NCBI RefSeq assembly: GCF_036588685.1
Contig: NC_086379.1
Location: 23,994,001 to 24,058,000 of the forward strand
Source of the DNA: Mytilus trossulus
Taxonomy: Eukaryota
Length of the DNA stretch: 64,000 bases
Reading direction: 5' to 3'
In this document: one piece after another, positions 11,041-24,100 of the stretch
Layout of the letters: the number at the start of each line of letters is the position of its first letter
Position numbering within the stretch: the first letter of the stretch is position 1
The notes under the pieces: model-generated
What the model saw: the letters and a program-made list of their open reading frames with translations, nothing else
The model's database searches: none
What the model was told of the DNA's origin: nothing
Position numbers and translations under genes: made by a program

Positions 11041-13440
11041 AATTGCATTGTTTCGCTATAATCATGACACCACCATTATCATCAAGTTTTTCTTTTATTT
11101 ACCAGTGGACGTTATTGTGAAAACGTGTGCCATCATGTTTGTTTCAATTAATGCATTTCATTTTGAAATGAAGAATGCTGCAAGAGTGCTGTTATATTTA
11201 GTTAATCAAATTAACGTATACTAATGAAACATATATCTGATGTAATTATTAGGGTGTAAAGGGTGACCAAAGTACATTTTGTATAACGCACGGTCAACGC
11301 TTTCACAATCCTATGAAATTACTAAATGACAGCAATCAATACTTATAAATACATGTTTCGCTATAATCATAAAAACACGATTACTATCATCATGTATGTT
11401 ACAATCCATTTTGAAATGAAAGTTGATTTAATTTAGAACTACGATGATTGTCGTTAGCCAGTTAAAAAATGTATAATAATGAAACATACACTTAAAGATC
11501 TGCAACAAGCATGACCATGTACGGTGAAATTGGAATATATCCATTAGAAAATAGCATTAATTGTATAATGATAAAATTATTATATTGATGCAGATTGCAC
11601 TTTATATAAATTTGCATAGGTCATGAGCAAAATACCGACCTAACTAAATGTTTACCGAAAAGTATCAAAACTAGTAAGCAGACATCATGAAAAAAAATAT
11701 GTTTATCTCATGAAAAACAAAGAAACTCAGACAGCTTCGCAATTTCATAAGATGTATCAACTCCTCCTTCTCAACCATAGTTTCAACATTTTTAAACGCT
11801 GAAACTATTTCTGTAAACATGTTTTTATACTTTGTTTGCATTCTCATATTTATAATTTTTCCTTTTTTTATTTACGCACATATATATTAAAACGCCTAAT
11901 AAGTGTAAAAATTAATCATATCAATGTATATAATATATATATATTATGTTATCACATTTAATATTTTGTTTACATGTTTTCAACCTCTCTGTAACCTTTA
12001 TATGGGCATGGTTTTATTAGAAATAATCTATCTAACTATGTATCAATTGTCCAGCTTGGTCAAACATGTCAATTAAAGTCAGCTTGATAGATATTTATCT
12101 ATGTATCTTTTGAATAAAAACTATAATCATAATTGTAAATTAGCGACATAGCTTATGCACAGGTAAAAAGTAAAATCACAAAAATACTCCGAGGAAAATT
12201 CAAAACGGAAAGTCCATAATCAAATGGCAAAATCAAATCATAAAACACATCAAACGAATGGATAACAACTGTTATATTCCTGACTTGGTACAGGCTTTTC
12301 CAAATGTAGAAAAGGGTGGATTGAACCTGTTTTTTTTTTGCGCTATACTTCTCATTTTCAAACGTTCATAACAGCACAAATTTATCATACACAAAAAGCG
12401 CCTTTTAAGTGTAAATGTCGATCAGTGATGCTCGAGTTAAAAACTTTTAACTTGGAACTAGTAAATGTTTTTGATACGAAAACGTTTACATTCTAAGGGT
12501 GTTTGCAGGAATTGGTCCTTTCGTTGTGCAACGAAAATATATTTAGCTTTTATATGTATACTTTGCTAGCTAATTCAATCCTGCAGGCAATACGTTTTTT
12601 ATACGATTAGGTGCCTTAATGCAACAGGCAATTCAAATCCTCTGTTGGAAACTCTATCTATTACGCTTTATACACTATACTGTTGTATTAGGGATTTAAA
12701 ATCTTTTTTTTTTTTAAATAAATGCAACAGGGGATTTAGGTTCTACTTTTTCTCGCTAGTTTCAACGAACTCTACCCCGTGAGTCTTTTGATCGATTTAA
12801 TAGTCCCCGGCCTATTTCGTTATTAGAGTAGGGGCATTTATTTTCATCGAGTAAATAATATGCGTTAAATATTTGCCATTGTGCGTCACAGAATAACTGA
12901 ATGAAGCAATTATTATGGAATACTATTACATTTTATGTATGTTTCAGAAGAATCCGCTATTCTGATTGTAAAACAACGCTTGCGCATCATACTAAAACTA
13001 ACTTTCATATTCCAATGAATTGCAAAATTTATAATCGGATACGTGCCATCATAATAATGTGCACAGGTTATTTAAAGAAATAAACGATCATGATAGAAAT
13101 CGATTTTTTTATGATTATAGCATAAACATGTAATTTTAACAATTGAATGCTTCTTTTAGTAATCTTAAAGGGTTCTACACGTCTTGACCGTGTGCACATT
13201 TCTAGAATGAAGTGCAACATTTTAATCAATCAATAAATCATTTATCCTACCTAAATTGTACCAACCATCCAAACCAACAACTTTTATCTGTCGAACTTTA
13301 AACATCATTGATACTAAATGAATAGTACGAACCACCACATTTTTCTAAACCGATAATTAATTCTAACTAATCTTGTGATTTATCCATTTTAATGGCATTA
13401 AACGATGATTTTTTTTGTGTTTTGTCTGTCTGTACCAGGT

Positions 13441-14150
13441 GGTTTCCTTCGTTATCATTGGACCAACGACTTCTAGCAGTTCTTGAAACATAGATGGGTC
13501 TATTCTTACAACGGTCGTAATTGCTGCCTGATTATCCACAGTTCAGCCATAAGGGCATCATACTGGACATGGATAGTCCACATAGAAGCAAGTCCCAGCT
13601 GGTCCACCATCTCCTTCAGTCACACTGTCACGTTTTATTCCGTTTTAAAATGCTACGTATCAACTACGTTTTTGGATTAAAAATGTTATTTTGAAAGCTA
13701 GGGTTTACTAGGTTTGTGCTACGTTCCAATCACGGTTTGCTACGTATTCGTACGTGTAGACCCATGTTTTCACCATGCATTGATACGCTTCAATACGTAG
13801 TAAGCACGTTTTGTTACGTTTCAAGAGCTACGTTTTACTACGTTTTGAAAGCGTATCGAAACGGGAATATACGTAACAAAGCGAATTGAAACGTAGTTAT
13901 TCTTTGTTCAAATCGGTACATGTCCCGTATGTTTTGAAAATTCAACAACAAACGTAGCGAAAATTGAAACGAAGTAGAACCGCCGACATGCAGCAGTTCC
14001 TGAAACATTAATTTGTCTAGTATAAAAAGGTCGCAACTGCTGCTTAATTTTCTACATGTTTACATCATACTAGACATAAATAGGTCTACGAAGAAGCCAT
14101 TCCCTTGTCAACCACCTCCTCTGCATCCAGTCAAATATAAGTATGTCATC
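13441..14150 (-). mobile_element. Two tandem degenerate PIF/Harbinger transposase N-terminal fragments flanking an ACG-rich tract
   Basis: Minus-strand translation RRWWT..QYDALMAEL..VRIDPSMFQELLEVVGPMITKET (13441-13620) and RRWLTREWLLRRPIY..MFQELLHVGG (13975-14150) resembles the N-terminus of invertebrate Harbinger transposases. Confidence 0.7.
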
Positions 14151-14424
14151 AAGTAGCTTGACCACTACCTTTATATCGTGTCCTATAAATATTCCACTTC
14201 AGCTAATTAATCGAAATCATCAGTTGTTGATTGTTCATGTTTGATAATGTTATGTATACCTATACGACAAAACAAAAACTACCTTGGACCCTTTAAGTAG
14301 GAAGTATTTGTACAGAAGCATGAAGTCATTTTTCTATGGACCGTAATTATCCGTATATTATTGTGCTAGAACGGAGTAAACTGTAAAAGACTCTGAAAAA
14401 TATTCGTGATCCCCGGCAAACCGT

Positions 14425-14614
14425 TATATTTGTTATTCTCGTGGTGTTTTGTCTGATGCTTGGTCCGTTTCTGTGTGTGTTACGTTTCGGTGTTATGTCG
14501 TTGTTCTCCTCTTATATTTAATGCGTTTCCCTCGGTTTTAGTTTGTTACCCCGATTTTGTTTTTTGTCCATGGATTTATGAGTTTTGAACAGCGCTATAC
14601 TACTGTTGCCTTTA
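14425..14614 (+). mobile_element. Short interspersed repeat insertion specific to duplicate copy 1
   Basis: Absent at 44625 in copy 2. Ends in the hairpin AACAGCGCTATACTACTGTT plus a T-rich tail. Reverse-strand family members at ~19870, 23555, 25705, 48505, 52435 and 59815. Confidence 0.8.
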
Positions 14615-15389
14615 TTGCAACAATTAAATCGTTCCGTTCGTAAAATAATCGTTACGGTAGCAAATCATATGATTTCCTTACCGAATATATGGTGTAACTG
14701 TATTAGTACAGGTTCGTTATTGTCAGGAACTCTAAAGTGCATAAAACAAAAACAGAGGAATTTATAAAATCTGAATTATCAGTAAACAAAATGTGTTTCG
14801 ATAAATGCATGCCTGCTGGCTTTCTTATCACTCGCACACATATTCCTAGACTTGTCTAACACAGCACCATCTATAATCAAGAGGGATAATATTAACCAAT
14901 TGAATGAAAGAAATGAACCAATCAAAACATCATATGAGGGTATATACAGTATACTTATTCATTATTAACTGCGTTTAGTAACTGATAAGGGTTATAATTG
15001 TGGGATTTTATGCCATTATTCATAGAAAACACATCATTAAACCTTTGTAAGCTTTCACTCTACGATTAATACTTTGAAGAATACTTTACACCCAGATGTT
15101 TATTTCCAAGTTTTTTTTAATTACATTTCTTACCATTGAAAATCATATCCATTCCGGTGATATTAAACTTATTGCCAGGTAAACGGTAGATAAGTGGCAT
15201 CCAATTATTTACGTTCTAGTAGATAAGCTACCAATCAGACATCATCTAGATATGAATACACCTTTTCACCAGGGATTGTTTATATAATAAATGCTTATAC
15301 TTTACAAATAAGCATACAGATAGATGATTTATAGTCAAGACGGGATTATCTTTTAATGAAATTTTTTGGATTGAACTCTACAAAAAAAA

Positions 15390-16295
15390 ATGCTGCGAGC
15401 TACCGTATTTCTCATAGTTATCTCTTGTGATCTGCTTTTACACATATTTTGTCTTGTCATGTTTTCTAAATCATCAAAATTACGAACTTCGAGATTTCAC
15501 AAGTTGGTTCTAAATTTGAGCATAAGTGACACCCTTTTTCTTACCGAAATGATCATTCTTAACAGATTGAATTCGTCCGTTTCTAGATTTGACGAACCAT
15601 TTAGCTATGCGTGTCTTTCTTTAACAGACGTAACATCAGGGACATATATGTTCTCCCTATATCAATGTTTCCTAGTGTGCTTGGAGCGACTCAATGCAAC
15701 ATTTTATACAGAACGGCAAAGTGTAAGAAGACTAACGTCTAATATAGGAATTATTTGTGGATGCAGTGCTTGTCATCTAGTTTCAATTCTCCAAATTGTA
15801 ATTGATGTTTTGCGCTTCAATACACATGCCACGTGGTGCGATACTGGTACAACAACTGACTTCGTTGATTTTATCGTGCGCGTGCCTGTAGGAATACTGT
15901 GTACGCTGATCGTCGTAATCTATACGATAACACTGATCAGGATCTACAAGAAACAAGACAACAACCATGCGCATACAAATGAAAACATATTCAATTTAGC
16001 AAATACAACTAAAAAAGCTTTCAAAACAGTAGGTTTAGTTGTTTTAATTACACTTACAGCTAATGTTCCCAGCTGTTTTGTTGGCATTTATTCTGTATTC
16101 ATCGGACAAAGTGAAGACACCATAAGATGGTTATATTACTGTAATACTTTGATTTTACTAAACCCATTGTTGGATCCATTCATATACGTATTTTGCATTA
16201 AAGATTTTCGTGACCAGATCAACAAGATATTGTGTAGAAGAAACGCTATTCAACCATTGAACAACCCTTACGCTATGGAGATGGCAGAGGGCTAA
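15390..16295 (+). CDS. Single-exon rhodopsin-class (class A) orphan GPCR, copy 1
   Basis: 301 aa with seven hydrophobic segments; TM2 NLSISD, TM3 CLERL (DRY-like), TM6 KKAFKTV..P, TM7 NPLLDPFIY, helix 8 KDFR. Confidence 0.92.
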   Translation: MLRATVFLIVISCDLLLHIFCLVMFSKSSKLRTSRFHKLVLNLSISDTLFLTEMIILNRLNSSVSRFDEPFSYACLSLTDVTSGTYMFSLYQCFLVCLERLNATFYTERQSVRRLTSNIGIICGCSACHLVSILQIVIDVLRFNTHATWCDTGTTTDFVDFIVRVPVGILCTLIVVIYTITLIRIYKKQDNNHAHTNENIFNLANTTKKAFKTVGLVVLITLTANVPSCFVGIYSVFIGQSEDTIRWLYYCNTLILLNPLLDPFIYVFCIKDFRDQINKILCRRNAIQPLNNPYAMEMAEG

Positions 16296-16854
16296 TCAAC
16301 CTTACGTGTGTGATAATAACGAATGGAAAAGCTACGTCCTTATTAACAGATCGTCCATAATATTCCAATGAAGCAATTAATTGCATAAAACATCAATGAA
16401 TAATATACTATTCAAAACATTTTCTTTTCTTATTGACATTAATGATTTAAATCATGTTTTTTTGTAATTGCTATCGATGTATGGATGTTATTACACCTTA
16501 AAAGTGATATGTTGTCTGCTAGAAATCATGCGAAATAATAAAAAAAGTCCCAAAATGGCAGGTCAGAACTTCTGTCCTTTTTTTATTTTTGATATCTCAG
16601 ATACCTAATATCGATGCTTTTTTGCGTGTTTTATTTTCGGTTTGTACGCGAAAATTTTAACCCGAGTAAATTTCCCTATACATTCCAAGATTGATCAAAA
16701 TTTGATTTTTCTATATACTATACTGTTAATTATAGTCTTTCGTTTCTTTAAACAGATCATGAGAATGAGCAAACTTAATCAAAATCTCTGTCTTCACAAT
16801 AATATAATCAGCAAAACATGCGTGTCACACATTTTGACAACCACATAACTAGAA

Positions 16855-17088
16855 AAGCAACACGACGGGTGCCACATGTGGAGCAAGATCAACTTACCCT
16901 TCCAGAGCACATTGGATCATTCCTCGTTTTTGGTGGGGTTCGTGTTGTTTATTCTTTAGTTTTCTATGTTGTTTCATGGGTACTATTGTTTTTCTGTTTG
17001 TCTTTTTTCATTTTTGGCCATGGCTTTGTCAGTTTGTTTTCGATTTATGAGTTTGACTGTGCCTTTGATATCTTTCGTTCATCTTTTA
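16855..17088 (+). mobile_element. Solo 3' end of the Penelope-like element
   Basis: Matches 17965-18180 downstream of the PLE ORF. Other copies at 21035-21233, 46870-47100, 49703-49895 and (minus) 26800-26960. Confidence 0.75.
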
Positions 17089-17439
17089 GATGCTGATAAG
17101 TGACGAGCTATTGTATTGATAGGTGTCATAATACAAACATTACGCAATATAATGTAAAATTATAATAATACTTATCACTTTTAAAAGGATATTTCTATAT
17201 CTGTATTGATCAAAACCTTCAATATTTAGCATGCCCAAATGTGTATATAATTAATTTACGTTCCTTAACAGTTCTGTATACTTCGTTTGAGTTACTCGTA
17301 TATATTTGTTTTCGATAACATGTAAGTCAATCAATGTGGTGTTACTTTTATCTATAACAAAGGGGTAGTTATATTTTCGCGTGTATTTTCAGCGAAAAGT
17401 ATACTCAGTGAAAATTTAACATTCCCATTTTGTTCTTAC

Positions 17440-18180
17440 ACTAAATAATTCAAAATTTGGTGACTATGTGGAGCACATCTATCCCATCGAACTAGAGATA
17501 AAGGATACTACATATACAGTTAAGTCGCCTTCATATCTTGACTTACATTTAGAAATTGACAATCAGGGTCGGTTGAAAACAAAACTTTACGACAAAAGAG
17601 ATGATTTCAGCTTTCCAATTGTGAACTTTCCATTTCTAAGTAACAACATTCCAGCAGCACCTTCATACGGGGTATATATCTCCCAATTGATACGATATTC
17701 ATGTGCTTGCTTTTCCTATCATAATTTTCTTGATAGAGGTTTGCTGCTCACAAGGAAGCTATTAAATCAAGAGTTCCAAATGGTGAAGTTGAAATCATCC
17801 CTTTGTAAATTTTACGGACGCCATCACGAGTTGGTTGACCGTTATGGAATAACCGTTTCACAAATGATATCGGATATGTTCCTAACGTCGTAACTACATT
17901 CCCCTTCCCTGTCATGAATGTTACCTACCGAATTAGACTATTTACCGGCTTTGTAATCACATAAGCAACACGATGGGTGCCACATATGGAGCAGGATCTG
18001 CTTACCCTTCCGGAGAACCTGAGATCAACCCTAGTTTTTGGTGGGGTTTGTGTTGTTTATTCTATGTTGTGTCATGTGTACTATTGTTTGTTTGTCTTTT
18101 TCATTTTTAGCCATGGCGTTGTCAGTTTGTGTAAGATTTATGAGTTTGAATGTCCCTTTGGTATCTATCGTCCCTCTTTT
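17440..18180 (+). mobile_element. 5'-truncated Penelope-like retroelement (RT thumb/C-terminus plus 3' UTR); no C-terminal GIY-YIG, consistent with a Naiad-type architecture
   Basis: YLDLHLEID..KLYDKRDDFSFPIVNFPFLSNNIPAAPSYGVYISQLIRY; the ORF ends at 17893 without an endonuclease. The paralog at 47440-47611 is cut by a deletion; another fragment at 57950-58075. Confidence 0.85.
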
Positions 18181-21100
18181 GTGATGGAATAGCGAAAAAA
18201 GCCATCACGAAATAAAAACACCGTTTTACGGTAAAAGTAATTATGGAAACACATCTTAGACTTTGTTAAATTAAATCTTTTGTTAACGCAACAGACTTAT
18301 TTGCATAATGCCATACACAATCATTTCATTGTAAATGAAAAATGTTCTTTTAAACAGTGAAATCTGATCTTTAACATTTTGACTAGCTATTTAAACTCCT
18401 ATAAGCACAAAAAACCTTAGTAAAACGTTAACTCATGTCTGGAACGTTTTGTGTTGAAGGATTCGTCTGTAGGAAGAGTGAATATATGGCCTTGTAAGTC
18501 ACAATGCATCTTATAAAATACTTTCAGTCTCTAGACCAATAGATATTGTAAAATAAAGAGTAAAAACCAAAATTTGGCGTTAACTTGTAAGACATTGAAA
18601 TTAGCATCTTACTTTCCTATACTTAAATCATAATTAACACGAGTTATTTCCCCTTATTTACATACTCAATTAGGGACAACTACAACTAATCGATATTCTC
18701 TTAACGTATGGTTAATGTAGGCGTCGGTAGAACAGTTATTGTATATTTATACATACAATTGATTGGAATGAAATGTACAATAGGAAATCATGTAAATGCT
18801 CACTGTTGAGCTCCTAAACAGTTGGAGCTGTCAGAGTGACTTCTAACTTGGCATTAACAGTATACTGTTGTACAACTATCTAGTTCTCAACATAAATAAA
18901 ATTACCTACATATACATGTAGCTACTGCAGATTGCATTAATATAATCTGGCATACAATTCCGGCGAAACAGTTTGCAATGTGCAATTGTTTTTCCTTTCC
19001 GAAACTAAAAAGTACAATGCTGGTATCATCGACCAAACTTTTTCTACTATCACTGAACTAAACATATCTAAGTCATATATTGCTGTGGATACCACACATT
19101 TTCCCTCAGCTTTTTAAAAACCAAATTCAGACATACTACATCTTATGTACGAGCTAGTTCTCTCAACTTATTGAAAATTATTTGAACATACAAGCCCATC
19201 ATCAAGATCAAAACCCTGATTTCCCCCAGAACTGTATCACATATTTCAGAGACCTTCAGCGGCCAAATCACTCTTGAAACTACCCGACATTCACTGTATG
19301 TAATTAAAAGGGAGAACATTAAATACAAAATTCTGTGTTTTACTTTTTGAAACCCAACTGAAACCTAAATAAGTTCTATGATCCTCTAACATTTCCAGAT
19401 GGTATCAGTCACTCTCAATAACATAATATCTAAACAAATAATTGTCTTTTTCAAACTTTCTTGTCACTGAACCATCTTTAAATTTGAACCTAAACTGGTT
19501 AGTCATTCATTTTTATATCAAAAATCCAAAACTGAAAAGGACTTTTTTTATTTATTAAAAGCTACTGTTAAAGGATTAATCACACAAGGTATATCGTTAT
19601 CTTCTGAAATGCAACATTTGTTTGGTCAATTTAAAAATATCGCCCATAACTAATCCCCGATATTCCTTTCAGATTTTCTCGATACAACATTTTCTGGTAG
19701 TAATAGCATATTCCATTTCTATAACTTTTCAAACATACATGGTTGTGCCTATATCTCTGCATTAGTGTATTATTTTTTTTAATTTACCTACATATATAAT
19801 TAAACTTGAAGTGACCTTTAACTGGTTAGACATGCTAGACATCTGTTCGATAAGTTGACGCTCGGGCAATTAAAAGCACAAGGAGTATACCGCTGTTCGA
19901 AATTCGTAAATCGATTGAGAACAAAATCCGGGAAACGCATGAAATATAAGAGGAGAACTACGACACAACATAAACACAACATTAAAATGTAACACACACA
20001 AAACCGAACTATAATATAGCAATAGCTATTTTCCTCACTTGGTACAGGACATTTTAAGAAAAAAATTGTGATTTGAACCTTCTTTTGTGGCACGCTCCCT
20101 GCTTTATGGCAATGTTAAATATAACACTTAAATGACAACATTACATGTCAGGACTACAAAAAAAAAAAAAAAAATGGGAAAACATATAGGACAGAGAAAC
20201 ACGAATTATAGCCAACAAAATTTACCATATTTAAAATGTAATACGTCAGACGTGCGTTTCGTCAACACAAGACCTACAAGTGACGCTCAGATGAGGAAAA
20301 GTACAATGTTGAAAGTACAAAAAGAACTAAAAATATCACAAACTTTGCGACCAAAACGGCTAGGGTTTTCTGCCTGGGTTATGAACATCCTTATTATTTA
20401 GAATAATTCATACTTTTGCAAACAGTAAATTTTAAAAAATAACTATAAATTAGATATACAGAATAAAAACGGATACAATACATAAAACAACCTAAACTAG
20501 CAAATGAAAATTCACAGCCGAGATAGCCAAAGCCATCAACGCAGTGACGTCACATTTGAATTTTTAAAAAAGATTTTCCAAAGATAAGATGGAATTAAGA
20601 TTTTTTTGAATAATTGAAAATTACAAAACTAATTTATATGAAATTGTAGTATTAATTATATAATTTATTGTAATATCTAGCTATGTCGGTGATTCTTCTG
20701 AATCAAACTGTAAACCAAATATCGTATAAATTTCGTTCATCCAAACTAAAATCTAATAAATGAACCGGATGATTAATTATATTTACCATAACAAACGAAT
20801 ACAACAGAAAAAATAAGATATACAAACTTTAAGACATTTAACAAAATCTTATGAGAATAACCAACATAACTAAATACATGAATTTGGGATAGGAAAGTAC
20901 ACATACTTACATTATTCAAAACATATTTTACAGACTATCATTTACTAAAGGTGATTTTTATTCACCTGAAAACTTAACAGTGAAGTATATCTGAGTAAAT
21001 ACTATCTGAATTATTTACATTAACTGAGATGTTACTCACCCTTCCGGAGCACAGGAGATCCCCCCCCCCAGTGTTTGGTGGGGTTCGTATTGCTTAGTTT

Positions 21101-24100
21101 TTAGTTTCTATGTAGTGTCATGATTACTATTATTTGTCTGTTTGTCTTTTTTTTTTAATTTTTAGCCATGGCGTTGACAGTTTATTTTCGATTTATGAGT
21201 TTGACTGTCCCTATGGTATCTTTCGCCCCTTTTAAGTACCTAACTGGAAGAAGTTAAACGAATTCCGGTTCTTCCACTTGCTTTAAACTTTTGTCGTTAA
21301 CATGAAAGTTGCAGTACAAATTGACTTGGTATACGTCGTTGGTCATTCATTCTTAACTTTGCTTGCTTTGGTTTTACTCTCCTCTCGTGGATGCGATCTT
21401 ACAACTTAACGATAGTTCACAGAATCATCTAGGATTGAAATTGTTGTAAATTTCTACACCCCGTCCATCCCATTTGTAACGAATCTGCAATTTTCACTAG
21501 CTCTTGCGTGAAGCGTATAAGTTGTATACCTTCTGATATTTTTCTGCTTCTCTAAACCTGCACATGGATCTCTTGGCTCCAAACTAGTGTCGGCTTTCTT
21601 CAAAGTAACAGAATTGAATTTGTATTGTTTCTTACAAGTCAACATTTTCCGAAAGTTCATTTTGTAAACTGTTCATGAGTAATACCACTCTCTTTCTGTT
21701 GGTGATCAAATACTTGTAGTTTTATTGAAAAAATCCTTTTATTTCCAAATGATTTGTTACACAATATCGTATCGCGACAAACCAGCAGAACTGGTTCAGG
21801 TAATAACGAACAAACGCCTACCGTTCAATCCAGTATTTTAATAACATGTTAGTACACGTCAGTTTATCGATAACATATTGTTTGGAAATTACCAGAAGAG
21901 TTTAAATCTAACAATTTGGACATGCAATTGTTTGTGCAGATTTTTATGGTGAGTCTCCCTTATTTGGGTGGGTTTTGATAACCGGATTTCAAAATTATTT
22001 TCATGTCCTCCCGGAAAAATATGTTTGCTTTGTCCAAAACAAAATATACGTGAGAGTTTCATGAGGACTAAAACACCTTAAATGAAACATTTTTCGGAAT
22101 AGCGTTCACATTTTACCTAGCTTGAAAATCTTTAACGACCGACCGTGGCTGCTGATAAACCACAAGCTAGCAATCCTGCTCTGGGTAATTTTAAGGTTTA
22201 CAATTTTTAACCTTAAAAATAATAAACTTAATTGATAAGACCGGACAATAAAACTTTATTTTTGTAAAGACTAATTCCATCTTTAACTTTGAAATGTAGT
22301 TTTATGAGATTTAAGTTCACTGAATATAAATGAATAAAAAATGTATATTTGTTCACTTTGATGCTTTTACATCAAATATACTGAATCACGTCTACTACAA
22401 TCTTAAAACATAAAGTTTTCACATGCAAAGAAATATTAATGATAGAAAATAACTTTATTAAAATAACTTTAATGTATGTATTACTTCTTTTAGGAAAATG
22501 TGCCGTAATGGAATGCATTTTTATTCGAGGTCTCTAAAAATACTAGACACTAATTTTTGTGAATATTTCGTTAGTAAGAAATAACAAAACATGGATATTT
22601 ATCATAGTGAACAAATATTGTTTATCATGTTTATACAGCATAAAACATACACGGAACCTTTAGTCTACATCCGTTGTTTTATATAAAATCCCTAAAAAAG
22701 ACTATTTTCAAATAAAATGTTCAAAAACTGTTGTCGATTTCGAAGAGTATATATTTAAACATTAGCAACAAAGTCCATGTATTGCGTATTTCAAATATTA
22801 AAAACAATGAATTACAAAAAAAAAATAATATGTCCAATTCTTCTAGAAAAAAATACAATGTAAAAAGCCAATATTCTCCTAAATTCGAATATCAATTTTG
22901 CCATGAATAAAATAATCCCGGATAGCAAGATAGCAAAAAATCAATATGTGGGTCGGGTAAAAAGCGTCTCTTTGCAACTCGAAAATCAATAAGTTTTTCA
23001 TGTTTTTTATCATCATTAGTGACAGGAAGGGTACAATGTTTTGCCCCTCGGTTTTTTAGAATGAAGAAAAGCCATCACAGAGTCTGTGATTGTGTTTATG
23101 ACAATTGATTTATATAGTGTTAGTCTTTTGAGAAATTTGGCAGAAAAAACATAATGTACCACCAATATCTTTATTGGATATGTCATACATGCGTCTGGCG
23201 TATATACTAAATTTAGTCCTGGTATCTATGATGAGTTTAATTATATGCACATGAAAACAATCGCAATTATGGTGTTGAGAATAAACGATTTCGACCCATT
23301 TAACCATGATCAAACAGTTAAATCAAATTTTAACGCCTATATAATAAAATTATAATTAAGATTGTTCAATGATTTGCAGTAATATAGAGTGATTTATTTA
23401 ACGACTCGTTTGTGTTTTTTAAAAAGGTATAAAGTTGTAGCTTATTACTGTTTTGATATATTAAATCAGGAACAGAATAATAAAGTTATAATAAAACTTT
23501 ATTCAGAAACAATAAACCTTATTGTATAGATTATTAATTTCTACAGTTATTGAATAAAGACAACAGTAGTATACCACTGTTCGAAATTCATAAATCGATT
23601 GTGAAAAAATCAAATTCGGGTTACAAACTAAAACTGAGAGAAACGCATCACATATAAGGGCAAAACAACGACACAATAGACAAACTACATTTATAAGTAA
23701 CACACACACAGAAACAAACTATAAAATAACAATAACCATTTTCCTGACTTTTATAAATAAAAAGTGGGTTGAACCTGTTTTTGTGGCATGTCATTCCTCT
23801 CTCTTTTAACAATTATTTACAATTTTACTACATCAAGCAAAAACAGCTGTTATGTACCTTGATTGGGTTATATTTTTTTTGTATGTAAACACCTACCATT
23901 ATAATTAAAAAGGATATACAAAACTGTCACATAAAATAAATGGGTTGTTATTTAAAAACAATTTTCTTGCCTTTTAAACTACCACTGAAAGCCGAAGAAG
24001 CCATAGAACGAATGATGCAATTCATGCATTCTGGGTGTTCCAAAGACCCTTTCATGATCTGAAAATGCAAGTTTTGTTTTAATGATTTTTTGACACTATT

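Noticed and set aside
12901-13680. Short ORFs conserved in both duplicate copies (12901/43146, 13483/43683)
   Set aside because: Conservation reflects recent duplication; 13483-13680 is antisense to the Harbinger relic.
16818-18192. Hydrophobic ORFs 16818-17096, 17977-18192 and 46835-47131 as membrane proteins
   Set aside because: Translations of the T-rich Penelope 3' repeat; frames are not conserved between copies.
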